Under the pieces are notes generated by a model. That model ran no database searches. It saw nothing but the letters and a program-made list of their open reading frames with translations, and was not told where the DNA came from. A program made the position numbers and the translations under genes. From Alphaproteobacteria bacterium (GTDB lineage Bacteria; Pseudomonadota; Alphaproteobacteria; M2410), in assembly GCA_965248915.1 (NCBI GenBank), contig OZ252216.1, positions 1,507,001 to 1,571,000 on the forward strand: 64,000 bases of DNA, written 5' to 3'. The stretch's first letter is position 1; each line of letters opens with the position of its first letter. Positions 1 to 10,074 of the stretch are shown in pieces.

Positions 1-1464
1 TTGCCCGCTAAGATGCCCCAGACGACGCACTTCTCCAATGTGAACGTAGCAGGCGATCGCCGCCAACTCTCCTAGTGTATCCCAATCAAGTTCAGCTCCT
101 TGGAAACCATCGGGGAACTCTTCATCAATATACCCGGTCGTTAATCGACCCTCCCGAAAGCGGTCTTGACCATACACGGCGCTAAGAAACGGGATGTTAT
201 GTTGAATGCCTTCTATGTGAAAAGAATCCAGCGCACGGATCATATGATCGATTGCGGCGTTTCGATCCGGTCCATGCACACACAGCTTGGCAATCATAGG
301 GTCATAATACAGTGAGATTTCCGACCCTTCGACAACCCCCGTATCATTGCGCACCGTAAGTCCATCTCTCGTTCCTTCTTCCGGCGGCGCATAGCGCACC
401 AACCGTCCTATTGAAGGGAGGAAGTTACGAAAAGGATCTTCCGCATAGATACGGCTTTCAAAGGCCCATCCGTTCAATTGTATACCTTTTTGGGTCAGTC
501 CGAGTTTCTCACCAGCCGCGACGCGTATCATTTCCTCAACCAGGTCAATACCGGTAATGAGTTCGGAGACCGGGTGTTCAACTTGCAATCTTGTGTTCAT
601 TTCCAGGAAGTAAAAGTTCCGATTGTCATCGACAATGAACTCGACAGTTCCAGCGCTCTCGTAGTCCACTGCTTTCGCAAGCGCAACAGCTTGCTCACCC
701 ATTTTCTTTCGCGTTTTTTCATCCAGAAATGGACTGGGTGCCTCTTCAATGACCTTCTGATTGCGTCGTTGAATTGAACACTCGCGTTCGCCGATATAGA
801 CAGCACTGCCGTGCTTGTCCGCCATCACCTGTATTTCAATGTGGCGCGGATCCGTAATGAACTTCTCAATGAAAACCCGGTCATCTCCGAAGGACGATCG
901 AGCTTCATTTTTAGAAGAATTGTACCCTTGCTCGACCTCTTCCTCGGAATGGGCGATACGCATACCTTTGCCGCCACCCCCCGCTGAGGCCTTGATCATC
1001 ACCGGATAGCCGATGCCATTGGCAATTTCTATGGCCTCTTGTGAGGTCTCGATCACGCCAAGATATCCTGGCACCGTGTTCACTTTGGCCTCATTCGCGA
1101 ATTTCTTGCTCTCGATCTTGTCGCCCATCACCTGAATGGCTTTTACATTGGGGCCGATGAAGGCGATCCCCTCTGTTGCAAGCCTCTCGGCAAAACCCGA
1201 ATTCTCCGAAAGAAAACCATAGCCTGGATGAATGGCTTCAGCCTTGGTGTGCTTTGCCGCTTCAACAATTCGCTCAGCAATCAAATAGGACTCCGACGCA
1301 GCAGATGGTCCGATGTGGACACACTCATCTGCCATTCTGACATGCAACGCATCTGCATCTGCATCTGAGTATACTGCCACCGTGGCAATGCCCATTTTGC
1401 GCGCCGTCTTGATTACCCGACAGGCAATTTCTCCGCGATTGGCGATGAGTATCTTCTTAAACAT
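1..1464 (-). CDS. pccA: Biotin carboxylase domain of the acyl-CoA carboxylase alpha subunit, most likely propionyl-CoA carboxylase alpha. Only the N-terminal ~488 aa are in the window; the gene runs past position 1.
   Basis: Reverse-strand translation starts [26 protein letters not shown] and contains the ATP-grasp motif [17 protein letters not shown] (minus strand of 958..1005). pccB lies upstream on the same strand. The + strand ORFs at 478..1009 are antisense artefacts. Confidence 0.85.
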   Translation of the reverse strand, partial: MFKKILIANRGEIACRVIKTARKMGIATVAVYSDADADALHVRMADECVHIGPSAASESYLIAERIVEAAKHTKAEAIHPGYGFLSENSGFAERLATEGIAFIGPNVKAIQVMGDKIESKKFANEAKVNTVPGYLGVIETSQEAIEIANGIGYPVMIKASAGGGGKGMRIAHSEEEVEQGYNSSKNEARSSFGDDRVFIEKFITDPRHIEIQVMADKHGSAVYIGERECSIQRRNQKVIEEAPSPFLDEKTRKKMGEQAVALAKAVDYESAGTVEFIVDDNRNFYFLEMNTRLQVEHPVSELITGIDLVEEMIRVAAGEKLGLTQKGIQLNGWAFESRIYAEDPFRNFLPSIGRLVRYAPPEEGTRDGLTVRNDTGVVEGSEISLYYDPMIAKLCVHGPDRNAAIDHMIRALDSFHIEGIQHNIPFLSAVYGQDRFREGRLTTGYIDEEFPDGFQGAELDWDTLGELAAIACYVHIGEVRRLGHLSGQ

Positions 1465-1650
1465 TGCGGCTTCTTCTACCCGGCCGCCAAGATCTGCTCT
1501 CTTACAGTCTAGGGGTCTTCGGGCATCCCTTCTTTTGGGGGTCAACGGGCACACTTGCGGTCATAGAGTCTCACCGCCAAGCTAGACACTCCCATTCCAA
1601 ATTGGAAGGAACATGTCAACCACACAAGCCGCAGCAGAGTGTCCGAATGC

Positions 1651-2442
1651 CTAAAGAATCTCTTCCAAAGTCGGAGGGAAATCCCACCAGGTCCCATCTG
1701 GTTTTCGATTGGTATAGATGAAGAGATGGCCTCTAAATGTCAAAGTGCCATACTTCGGGCGGTCAAATGCAAAAATGAGCGCCCGATCAACATACGCCGC
1801 ATCCGCCTGCTGCCTGAGGTAATGGGACCAGACTTCGAGACTGAGTGCGTAGATTTCTTCCGGGTCGTCGATACTCCCATCGTAGTGATAATCGAGAACC
1901 ATGGAGAGGACACCTGAAACCATCTCAACACGCAGGGATTCCATTTGAATGACGTGTCCAGATGGCAATTCAATCGCGGTCGAAGGGTGCTTGGGGCCAG
2001 GTGGTGGTTTTATCTCAAGGACTTCATCCGTGGTCAAGTTTCGCCACGGACCGAAATTTCGCCGTTCATATTTGTGGATCGCGCCACTTGAGACACGAAT
2101 GGGACCAATTGAGGGGAGAGTATCGATGTACAGCCAAGCATCATTCAGCCCGGACACTTCGGCAAATGTGCCTAGATAAGCGACAAAAATCTCATTTGCT
2201 GTGTCTTCCAAACTCTGACCGTCACCCAATTGGAGGACACTTACAGTCAGCTGTGCGACTTCACTCAGCTCTCCATCGCCAATGATCCGCATAATCGTGG
2301 CGTCTTGAACAACAATACGCGACCCAGAATAGAGTTCAACTTCAGTGCCCTCCGGCACAGAGCACGCCGTAGCCAACCACCCGACAAGGAAAAGAACCGC
2401 AATCCGAGGAAATACCTGGAGCACCAACGCAATACACTTCAT
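1651..2442 (-). CDS. Hypothetical lipoprotein
   Basis: 263-aa ORF with an N-terminal signal peptide and a lipobox-like LATAC. No recognisable catalytic motifs. Confidence 0.5.
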   Translation of the reverse strand: MKCIALVLQVFPRIAVLFLVGWLATACSVPEGTEVELYSGSRIVVQDATIMRIIGDGELSEVAQLTVSVLQLGDGQSLEDTANEIFVAYLGTFAEVSGLNDAWLYIDTLPSIGPIRVSSGAIHKYERRNFGPWRNLTTDEVLEIKPPPGPKHPSTAIELPSGHVIQMESLRVEMVSGVLSMVLDYHYDGSIDDPEEIYALSLEVWSHYLRQQADAAYVDRALIFAFDRPKYGTLTFRGHLFIYTNRKPDGTWWDFPPTLEEIL

Positions 2443-2529
2443 TCACTATCCCCCGAAGGCCCCCGCCTTCATGATGGAACAATGTTAGCGTCTTTTTCCG
2501 TTCTTGTCTTGGTCTCAAACTGAGTGAAC

Positions 2530-2826
2530 CTACTGGGTTTCAGTCGATTCTGCGCTCGTTTCACCGGCAATCGTGCCGAGACGGTCGTAAATCTTGAATG
2601 ACAAAATCATCAGCTCGCACCAAATCCGCCAAAAGACCAAGGCCAAGGGCGTGAACAAAACGATCTGAAACAAGCCAGCAAAGAAACTATTTGTCATCGT
2701 ATATAGACCACCGAATACGCCTCCGAGAATAATCAAAGCGCCAACGACAAAGTAAATCAACTGAATGATCTGCGGAGCGATCATCTTCTCAAAACTTAGG
2801 AACGAATTAAGCAAAGACTGAGGCAT
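2530..2826 (-). CDS. Small membrane protein, DUF4282-like
   Basis: 98 aa with two hydrophobic segments (IIQLIYFVVGALIILGGVFGG; IVLFTPLALVFWRIW), typical of DUF4282 proteins. Confidence 0.5.
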   Translation of the reverse strand: MPQSLLNSFLSFEKMIAPQIIQLIYFVVGALIILGGVFGGLYTMTNSFFAGLFQIVLFTPLALVFWRIWCELMILSFKIYDRLGTIAGETSAESTETQ

Positions 2827-3117
2827 GGTCTTATCCTCCCAATGGAATCAATAGGTCAATATCCGCATGCTGCCAGAACCGCTAAGCCCTGTCACCCACC
2901 GCCCTCACCCAGGGTGGGACAATCAATCGAGGAATTTTTGATCGAATTACCCTTTGAATCCAGACTAGGTGGCTCTTGCGAAAAACTAGCTGACTTCCCT
3001 CGGTACACGGAAAGCCCACACAATCGACATCCCGCGCTGCCACCCTGATTCTTGACCGTCTTAAATTAATGGTCCTTACTCAGACACCTAAGAGTCAGCA
3101 TCTTTTGGGGTGACCAG

Positions 3118-5346
3118 TTGGCAAATGTGTTCTTGAGCTATGCGAGCGAAGATCGCGATCAAATTCGCGACCTCGTTGCGTTTCTTGAAGATGCAGGTCT
3201 TTCAGTTTGGTGGGACAATCGGCTATTGGGTGGGTCAATGTTCTCTACTGAAATCGAGAATGAGTTGACCCAGTCGGAAGCTGTGATCGTCGTATGGTCA
3301 CGACATTCAGCAACCTCCCGATGGGTCGCGGACGAAGCCGAACTCGCTCTTCGATTGGGAAAGCTAGTTCCCATCCAAATAGATCAAACTGAACCGCCTC
3401 TCGGATTTCGACAAATCCAAACTATCGATCTCTCACAATGGCAAAACGACGCCGATGATCCAATTTTCATCACCCTTCTGGCGTCACTTCGCGCCAAATT
3501 GACGAATGTGCCAGCGTCAATCCATCGCTCCGCCACCGCTCGAACCAAAGCCCCGAAGTACTCCATTGCTGTCCTACCCTTCGTAAATATGTCGGCAGAT
3601 CCCGATCAGGAATACTTTTCTGACGGAATCTCAGAAGAGCTCCTAAATTTGCTCGCCAAAGTAACTCAAATGAAGGTCACAGCACGAGGATCAACATTTC
3701 AGTTCAAAGGTAGAGAACAAGACGTAAAGAGAGTCGGTAGCCTATTGAATGTCGCGCATGTGTTAGAGGGTAGCGTTCGCAAGGCAGGTAACCGCGTACG
3801 AATAACCGCTCAGCTCATTGAGTCAGACACGGGCTATCACATTTGGTCTGAGACCTACGATCGAACATTGGAAGACATCTTTGAAATTCAAGATGAAATC
3901 TCAGCCGCCATTGTACATGAGCTAAAGGAACGAATACTCGACGCTACCGAAATTGACTCACCGAAATCCAACCGAAGTGCAAATGTCGACGCCTATGAAC
4001 ACTTCCTACTCGGTCAACAACTACTCAACACAAGAACCAAGTCTTCAATTGAACGTGGATTGAGCGAGTTCGAAAAGTCACTGACCTTCGATCCCGATTA
4101 CCTTCCGTCACTCGTCGGTCTCGCTGAATGTCACTTGCTGCTGAGCAAGCACATTACCAGCTATGGATCGACGTCAATCAAGGAAGCGCAAGCAAAAGCT
4201 TGGCCACTTCTTCAACTGGCAGGCAAAATCGAATCCAAGAATGCCGATGTTTATTCCGCTCAAGCTCTTTATGCACTCATTGGCGATGACCTAAAGAACG
4301 CCAAAGAACTTTCCGAAAGAGCAATAGCGATAAACTCCAATAGCGCCGCCGCACATCGCATATTGGGATTTGCCTTAGCGGGATTAAGTGGTTCGACACA
4401 TCAAATTATTCCAACTCTGCAGAAGGCTCTTGAAGTAGATCCCCTGTCCTTGTCGACACTCATTTCCCTTGCGAATGAATACAAGTATCGCGGACGCTTC
4501 GCCGAAGCAGAAGCTTTGAGGCAGCGTTGTCTTGTAATCAATCCGATTTGGCCCGGCGTACTCAATGGCATGGCCAGCGATGCCTACACACGAGGCAGTC
4601 TGAAGATTGCCCTGTCCGTCTTCACCGATCATGAATCACTGCTCACCTCACCTGTTGGCTTGGCAAATATTCAACTCATTCTTACGCGGCTAGGGTTTGG
4701 TCAAGAAGTCGAATATCTCGAGGAGTACATCGCGCTCACGCTCTACTCCATTTATGGCTTTGAAGACGATGCAAATCGATTGGGCAAACGACTCACCGAC
4801 TCGCTACCTGCTGACACTGACTATGAAACAGCACTGACATTTGTGGACTGGTATTCGCGGATCGGTAAAAACAAAGAAGCTCTTGCCCTTCTGGCTCCAT
4901 TCGTAATCGACACGGACCCTTTGCAGGGGCTACTCTTTAGCCCCGACAGCGACTATTACGGCGCCATGTACATGTACCACCTAAGTTTGGAGTTGGGCGA
5001 CGTCGAGACAACAAAGGTCTACTTGGAAAATCTTCGGATTATTCATAAGGATCTTATTTCTGATCCCAACGGCATCTCCATTCGAGCTTTCATGATCGGC
5101 GCCTTGATTGCATTGGCAGATGGTGACATCGAGGTCTGTTGCGATCAAATCGAACAAGAGTTCGAACGAAACAAATCTGATACGGCATTTGAATATTCGC
5201 CATTCTTTGAACGCATCGCCGACTATCCGCGCTTCAAGGATCTCGTGGGGTGGGCCCGCAAAAATCTTCAAGCTGAGATTTCAACCGCCAAGCAAGACGG
5301 ATTGCTGCCTCCATCAAAGGAACTGCTTCAAGCCATCAAAGAATAA
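3118..5346 (+). CDS. TIR domain protein with a cyclase-associated middle domain and C-terminal TPR repeats
   Basis: N-terminus FLSYASEDRDQIRDLVAFLEDAGLSVWWD...VIVVWSRHSATSRWVADEAELA matches the bacterial TIR_2 fold, including the WxxxE glutamate position. The middle segment IAVLPFVNMSADPDQEYFSDGISEELLNLL...LEGSVRKAGNRVRITAQLIESDTGYHIWSETYDR matches the region that follows the cyclase domain in TPR-containing adenylate cyclases. The C-terminal ~450 aa are helical, TPR-like repeats. Confidence 0.8.
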   Translation: MANVFLSYASEDRDQIRDLVAFLEDAGLSVWWDNRLLGGSMFSTEIENELTQSEAVIVVWSRHSATSRWVADEAELALRLGKLVPIQIDQTEPPLGFRQIQTIDLSQWQNDADDPIFITLLASLRAKLTNVPASIHRSATARTKAPKYSIAVLPFVNMSADPDQEYFSDGISEELLNLLAKVTQMKVTARGSTFQFKGREQDVKRVGSLLNVAHVLEGSVRKAGNRVRITAQLIESDTGYHIWSETYDRTLEDIFEIQDEISAAIVHELKERILDATEIDSPKSNRSANVDAYEHFLLGQQLLNTRTKSSIERGLSEFEKSLTFDPDYLPSLVGLAECHLLLSKHITSYGSTSIKEAQAKAWPLLQLAGKIESKNADVYSAQALYALIGDDLKNAKELSERAIAINSNSAAAHRILGFALAGLSGSTHQIIPTLQKALEVDPLSLSTLISLANEYKYRGRFAEAEALRQRCLVINPIWPGVLNGMASDAYTRGSLKIALSVFTDHESLLTSPVGLANIQLILTRLGFGQEVEYLEEYIALTLYSIYGFEDDANRLGKRLTDSLPADTDYETALTFVDWYSRIGKNKEALALLAPFVIDTDPLQGLLFSPDSDYYGAMYMYHLSLELGDVETTKVYLENLRIIHKDLISDPNGISIRAFMIGALIALADGDIEVCCDQIEQEFERNKSDTAFEYSPFFERIADYPRFKDLVGWARKNLQAEISTAKQDGLLPPSKELLQAIKE
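5219..5343. repeat. Copy A of an imperfect direct repeat; it is the true 3' end of the TIR-TPR gene
   Basis: About 85% identical to 7196..7320 by eye (gactatccgcgcttcaagga...agacggattgctgcctcc...). Confidence 0.8.
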
Positions 5347-5414
5347 TCCATTCAAAGAAAGACGGCATGTATCAAGTCAAATTTCGCAGTTGTCATTGAG
5401 CAAGAAAAACCTAG

Positions 5415-7100
5415 CTACTGGACAAGGTCGATTGCATATCTAATCGGGGCATTTCGAGAGTAATTGTACTTACGCAAAATTTCGTATGTAATCTCATGGG
5501 CAGGCGTCAGCAATAGGTTTTCCTTATCGTCTAGTTCAATTTGCGAATTGTGGACAAGGTACGAATGAGAAATCGTGCCTTTCAACTTTGAGTTCTTCAG
5601 TTCAAAGTCAACAGTCTCCCCCATTTGCGCAATGTTTTGCGAAGGCACTCCGCCCACATGAGTTGCTCCTAACAGATCAAGGTACATCGCAAACATGAAT
5701 CCCGCACTGTATGTAGATGCGTTCGTCACGAAAAGTACTTCTTCAGGTCGAAAAAACTCGGCATGTGACCCTTTCATGTATTCATCATAGAATGTCTTGG
5801 AAAGAGCCAAGTCCTCTTCGACAATGCGCTTGACGTATTCACGCTCCAACAGTCCTTCACTCATTCTTGAGACATCACTCAGATCATAGTCTGAATTTCG
5901 AAGCGGAAAATCACGCATACCGTCCCTACCGGCAACTTCGTTAAGCTCTTCCAGCGTCTGATCCGGTTCAGATGAAAAATAATAGGGGGAGAGCTTTCTT
6001 GAAACGACATTTGTACGTCTGTGAAGTTCAATAAGTGCCTCTTTCCCATAAAGAAAATAAACCAACATGTCAGCTGGATACGCCCAACCTCCAATGTTTG
6101 TTCTAAGGTCAACAATAAGAACGCGGGATGAGTTCTGCTTCATTTGACGCACAAGATCCGTGTAGGTATCCGTCAGAGAAGGCAACTTGGCCATCGTTTC
6201 ATTCAAGGAACCAGTTGGCTTTTCCCCATAGATGTCGTGATAAAAGTCCTCTACACCATCGGTAACGTCTGAGTACGTGGATCGCTTTTCCCAGGTCTCG
6301 CGGTTTTGGACCATTCTTGCAACGCGCAAATAAGCAATCTCTTTGTCATTGCCGAGAAAGCCCCAACCAAACTCGCGCCCGGATGTTGAAGGCAGCTCCA
6401 GGACCTTTTCGGTACCTTTGAGTCTATCATCCACGCGAGAACGTGTCGCAAATCGCACGACTTCACTTTTGCCGTCAGGTAGTTTGAACGAAGCCTTAAG
6501 CAGAGATTTGTCTTGCCATTCCGGCACTAGATCTTCAAGAACGCTTCTCTTTCCAAGGAAGAATTCGAAGTTCGCTAGTTGGGCAAGCGTTCCATAAATA
6601 TTGTCAGCTCCGTAGTATTTTCTTGTCCGCTCGACAAGCTGATCGAATTCGACACCCTCAATGGATTCCAACCGAGCCCCAAAAAGCGATTTGTGTTCAT
6701 CGTCCATTGCGCCAGCAACGTAGAGACCTTCCTCCACCACAAGAAAATACAAGGGGATGCCGGAGAAATCCGTTGGCCCATCTGGATATACATTTGTATG
6801 TCCATCTCCAATAGAAACTAACAATGGGCTGAGCAATCCGCGATAAGCTTCCCTTCCCATTCCTTCTTGCGGAATGGCCCTTAACACACTTTGAAATCGC
6901 TCATGGAATGCCAATTTTCCTCCACCAACAAAATACGGCTGCGGATGGGCGCTCTCGATCAACTCGGCTATTTGTCTTGTGTCTGCAATCAACTCATCTT
7001 TGCTAATCAGACCATCCAGCGCATCTGATCGCACCGAAATTCCGGTCAACAGAATGCAACAGACAACTAGAATTTGAATATTTCGCAAAGATTTTACCAC
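5415..7100 (-). CDS. Secreted S41-family (C-terminal processing / tail-specific) peptidase
   Basis: Signal peptide (MVKSLRNIQILVVCCILLTGISV). S41 signature VLIVDLRTNIGGW and a serine region NASTYSAGFMFAMYLD. Confidence 0.7.
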   Translation of the reverse strand: MVKSLRNIQILVVCCILLTGISVRSDALDGLISKDELIADTRQIAELIESAHPQPYFVGGGKLAFHERFQSVLRAIPQEGMGREAYRGLLSPLLVSIGDGHTNVYPDGPTDFSGIPLYFLVVEEGLYVAGAMDDEHKSLFGARLESIEGVEFDQLVERTRKYYGADNIYGTLAQLANFEFFLGKRSVLEDLVPEWQDKSLLKASFKLPDGKSEVVRFATRSRVDDRLKGTEKVLELPSTSGREFGWGFLGNDKEIAYLRVARMVQNRETWEKRSTYSDVTDGVEDFYHDIYGEKPTGSLNETMAKLPSLTDTYTDLVRQMKQNSSRVLIVDLRTNIGGWAYPADMLVYFLYGKEALIELHRRTNVVSRKLSPYYFSSEPDQTLEELNEVAGRDGMRDFPLRNSDYDLSDVSRMSEGLLEREYVKRIVEEDLALSKTFYDEYMKGSHAEFFRPEEVLFVTNASTYSAGFMFAMYLDLLGATHVGGVPSQNIAQMGETVDFELKNSKLKGTISHSYLVHNSQIELDDKENLLLTPAHEITYEILRKYNYSRNAPIRYAIDLVQ

Positions 7101-7195
7101 CGCTCATGCCTCAGATGAATTTGTTGTTCGCATTTCAAAACAAACAAAGTCTCGTCATTTACCGAATTCAAGTGTCCTAAATTACACGTCTGGTC

Positions 7196-7320
7196 GACTA
7201 TCCGCGCTTCAAGGACCTCGCGGGGTGGCCCGCAAAGTCCTTCAAGCTGAGATTTCGACAGCCAAGCCAGACGGATTGCTGCCTCCCAACAAAGACCTCA
7301 TACAACTTACAAAGATGAAC
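7196..7320 (+). repeat. Copy B of the direct repeat: a degenerate, frameshifted fragment of a TIR-TPR C-terminus (pseudogene remnant)
   Basis: Translates to VDYPRFKDLAGW and then loses frame through a 1-bp deletion relative to copy A (tggcccgca versus tgggcccgc). With the frame restored it reads ...QAEISTAKPDGLLPP.... Confidence 0.75.
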
Positions 7321-7322
7321 AG

Positions 7323-7610
7323 TTAGTCGTTTTCTGGCCTTTCAACTCTGCAAGCATAGAAGTAAACGATCCGATCCATTTTCCAATCGACACCTTCATC
7401 AACCAGCATAATGTCCATCTCATGGTCGCCGTCCGTATCGACATAGTGCAATTGGGTATTGTCCGAGCGATAGGACAAAATCACATCGCCGTACTTTCGA
7501 GGGCGTTTGTCCGGATCAATGTCTGTACTGACAACAGTTTCACAATCATCAGCTGTTGCCGAAAATGGAAAGACCCCAATCACCAGAACCGCTAATAGAA
7601 TTCGCCACAT
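7323..7610 (-). CDS. Small secreted hypothetical protein
   Basis: 95 aa with a signal peptide (MWRILLAVLVIGVFPFSATA); acidic mature part. Confidence 0.4.
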   Translation of the reverse strand: MWRILLAVLVIGVFPFSATADDCETVVSTDIDPDKRPRKYGDVILSYRSDNTQLHYVDTDGDHEMDIMLVDEGVDWKMDRIVYFYACRVERPEND

Positions 7611-7696
7611 ACAACCCTCCGTGCGTTTGCCACACTACAACACCTAGCAAAGGGCTGGCAAGTAATCGAAAATAAGTAGTGAACGAGTATCACCAA

Positions 7697-9229
7697 TTAC
7701 AAAGGAATATTGTCATGCTTCTTCCAGGGCATCTCGACTTCCTTTTTCCGCAACATGGCAAGTGACCGCGCGATCCGCCGCCGTGTTGAGTGCGGCATGA
7801 TCACATCATCAATGTAACCACGTTCGGCCGCAACGAAAGGATTGAGGAAACGCTCTTCATACTCTTGTGTACGCGCAGCAATCTTGTTCTCATCGCCAAT
7901 GTCTTTTCGGAAGATAATCTCCACCGCCCCTTTGGCACCCATCACGGCAATTTGCGCGGTCGGCCACGCGTAATTGACATCACCGCCCAAGTGTTTGGAC
8001 GACATGACATCGTACGCACCGCCGTAGGCTTTGCGTGTAATCACGGTGACTTTGGGAACCGTTGCTTCGCCGTAAGCAAAGAGAAGCTTTGCCCCATGTT
8101 TGATCAACCCGCCGTATTCCTGATCAGTGCCAGGTAAGAACCCTGGCACATCAACAAACGTAACAATTGGAATGTCAAAGCAGTCGCAAAAGCGAACGAA
8201 ACGCGCGCCCTTCCGGCTTGCGTCAGAATCCAGCACGCCGGCCAGAACCATCGGTTGATTGGCAAGAAAGCCAACGGTCCTGCCATCGATCCGTCCAAAC
8301 CCTGTAACCATGTTCTGGGCAAAGGCCTCTTGGATTTCAAAGAAATCACCTTCGTCGGTTACTTTAAGGATGAGTTCCTTGATGTCGTACGGTTTGTTAG
8401 GATTGTCCGGAACAAGACTATCAAGCGAGAGCTCAATACGGTCGATATCATCCTCCGTTGGCAAGACCGGAACATCATCTCGGTTCGACAAGGGGAGAAG
8501 GTTCACTAATCGCCTCACTTGTGTGAGTGCTTGAATATCGTCGTCATAGGCACCATCCGCAATGGATGATTTTGACGTATGAATACGCGCGCCACCAAGT
8601 TCTTCAGCGGTAACGGTCTCTTGTGTCACCGTCTTGACCACATCAGGCCCGGTAACAAACATGTAGGAACGATCTCGTACCATAAAGATGAAGTCCGTCA
8701 TCGCTGGCGAGTAGACATCACCGCCAGCACACGGTCCCATAATCACCGAGATCTGAGGAATGACGCCCGAAGCGGTAATGTTGCGTTGAAAGACTTCGCC
8801 ATATCCGCCGAGAGCTGCAACTCCTTCTTGAATGCGGGCACCGCCTGCATCAAACAAGCCAATGATCGGCGCTCCAGCTTTCAACGCCATATCTTGAATC
8901 TTGCAGATCTTCTGAGCATGCGTCTCCGACAAAGACCCGCCAAACACGGTGAAGTCTTTGGCGAACACAAAAACCAATCGCCCGCTGATGGTGCCCCAAC
9001 CGGTCACGACGCCGTCACCGGAGATCCCCTGCTCTTCCATACCAAAGTCGGTACAACGATGCTCGACGAACATGTCCCACTCTTCGAAGGACTCTTCGTC
9101 AAGCAATACTTCGATACGCTCCCGCGCGGTCAGCTTGCCTTTCGCGTGTTGCGACTCAATCCGCCTCTGCCCGCCACCTTGGCGTGCTTGTTCTCTCTTC
9201 TCTTCAAGTTGGCGAAGAATGTCTTGCAT
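7697..9229 (-). CDS. pccB: Propionyl-CoA carboxylase beta subunit (carboxyltransferase)
   Basis: 510 aa with the two-domain carboxyltransferase layout; motifs include [37 protein letters not shown] and GGAYDVM. Confidence 0.9.
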   Translation of the reverse strand: MQDILRQLEEKREQARQGGGQRRIESQHAKGKLTARERIEVLLDEESFEEWDMFVEHRCTDFGMEEQGISGDGVVTGWGTISGRLVFVFAKDFTVFGGSLSETHAQKICKIQDMALKAGAPIIGLFDAGGARIQEGVAALGGYGEVFQRNITASGVIPQISVIMGPCAGGDVYSPAMTDFIFMVRDRSYMFVTGPDVVKTVTQETVTAEELGGARIHTSKSSIADGAYDDDIQALTQVRRLVNLLPLSNRDDVPVLPTEDDIDRIELSLDSLVPDNPNKPYDIKELILKVTDEGDFFEIQEAFAQNMVTGFGRIDGRTVGFLANQPMVLAGVLDSDASRKGARFVRFCDCFDIPIVTFVDVPGFLPGTDQEYGGLIKHGAKLLFAYGEATVPKVTVITRKAYGGAYDVMSSKHLGGDVNYAWPTAQIAVMGAKGAVEIIFRKDIGDENKIAARTQEYEERFLNPFVAAERGYIDDVIMPHSTRRRIARSLAMLRKKEVEMPWKKHDNIPL

Positions 9230-9331
9230 GGTGAACTCCGATTAGAAGGGTCATTTTTCTTGGGCCGAGTCGGCATTGAGCCAAGCCATGACATAGCAGC
9301 CAAGCCCAATCTTGCCAATTGCTTAAGGAAG

Positions 9332-10054
9332 CTAGGCGCTTTGACCTCTTAGGCTCTGTTGAAACTTCTTGATGGCGACGATCTCATCGCAGATCGCCGC
9401 TCGCCGCTCTGCTGCTTCTTCGTCTTGTCCCCATTGGGCCTCTTGCCACAACTCGTCGACCAAAGAGAGCGCGTGGGCCTCTTCTGCTGTCACCTCATTG
9501 TGGAACAACGCCAGTGCAAGAACTGTCGAACCAAGAAGTGGAATTGTTGGATGAACTCCAGCCAATTCAAATCGGTCGAGACTTTGCAAGAATCGACGAA
9601 GGTTCTCAATCGAAGCCACAGGTTGATCTATTGCTGAAATTCCAACCGTTACGTCCAGCGCAAATCCTACTGCATCTGCAGCCCATTGAAGAAGAGGATC
9701 CCACTTCTCGGCCTGGTGTCCCCGCAACTCCGGAGGTGTTTCAGCCCGGTAACACAAGAGATCGGAACCAGCATAATCAACAGCGGTTTCTACAAATCGA
9801 TTACATTCTGTCGCATCTCTGTCGACCGCCCCTTGCGCTAAACGGGTAACAGGCATCGATTTTGGATCGATGGTTTCCTCTTGTGCCGCCCACTCTTGCA
9901 GGATCAGGTGCGCAGTCGCTTCTTGCGGAACGGAGAGGACAGTCCGGCCAGGGGTAAGAACAGGTCGTTCATCAAGATGAATTGTGAATCCATCGTCTTC
10001 TCTGACGACTAAGACATCTTTGTAAATTCGCTTGATGGACACGGGTGCGCTCAA
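9332..10054 (-). CDS. ATP12-family F1-ATPase assembly chaperone
   Basis: 240 aa starting KRIYKDVLVV...GFTIHLDERPVLTPG; this matches ATP12 proteins of alphaproteobacteria. Confidence 0.7.
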   Translation of the reverse strand: MSAPVSIKRIYKDVLVVREDDGFTIHLDERPVLTPGRTVLSVPQEATAHLILQEWAAQEETIDPKSMPVTRLAQGAVDRDATECNRFVETAVDYAGSDLLCYRAETPPELRGHQAEKWDPLLQWAADAVGFALDVTVGISAIDQPVASIENLRRFLQSLDRFELAGVHPTIPLLGSTVLALALFHNEVTAEEAHALSLVDELWQEAQWGQDEEAAERRAAICDEIVAIKKFQQSLRGQSA

Positions 10055-10074
10055 CTCGCTTCGTCGATTGGTTT

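Noticed and set aside
478-1009. Plus-strand ORFs (99, 64 aa) and the minus-strand ORF at 597..806 inside the first 1.5 kb
   Set aside because: All lie within or antisense to the well-supported biotin carboxylase (pccA) reading frame on the minus strand and have no motifs. They are overlap artefacts.
3118-7610. Search for a canonical Thoeris/CBASS/other TIR-partner effector (SIR2, SLOG, Macro, STING, CapV-like) next to the TIR gene
   Set aside because: None of the neighbouring ORFs (S41 peptidase, lipoprotein, DUF4282, small secreted protein) shows such motifs, so the locus cannot be called a known defense system.
8579-9352. 257-aa plus-strand ORF
   Set aside because: It is entirely antisense to pccB, a strongly supported gene, and has no domain signatures.
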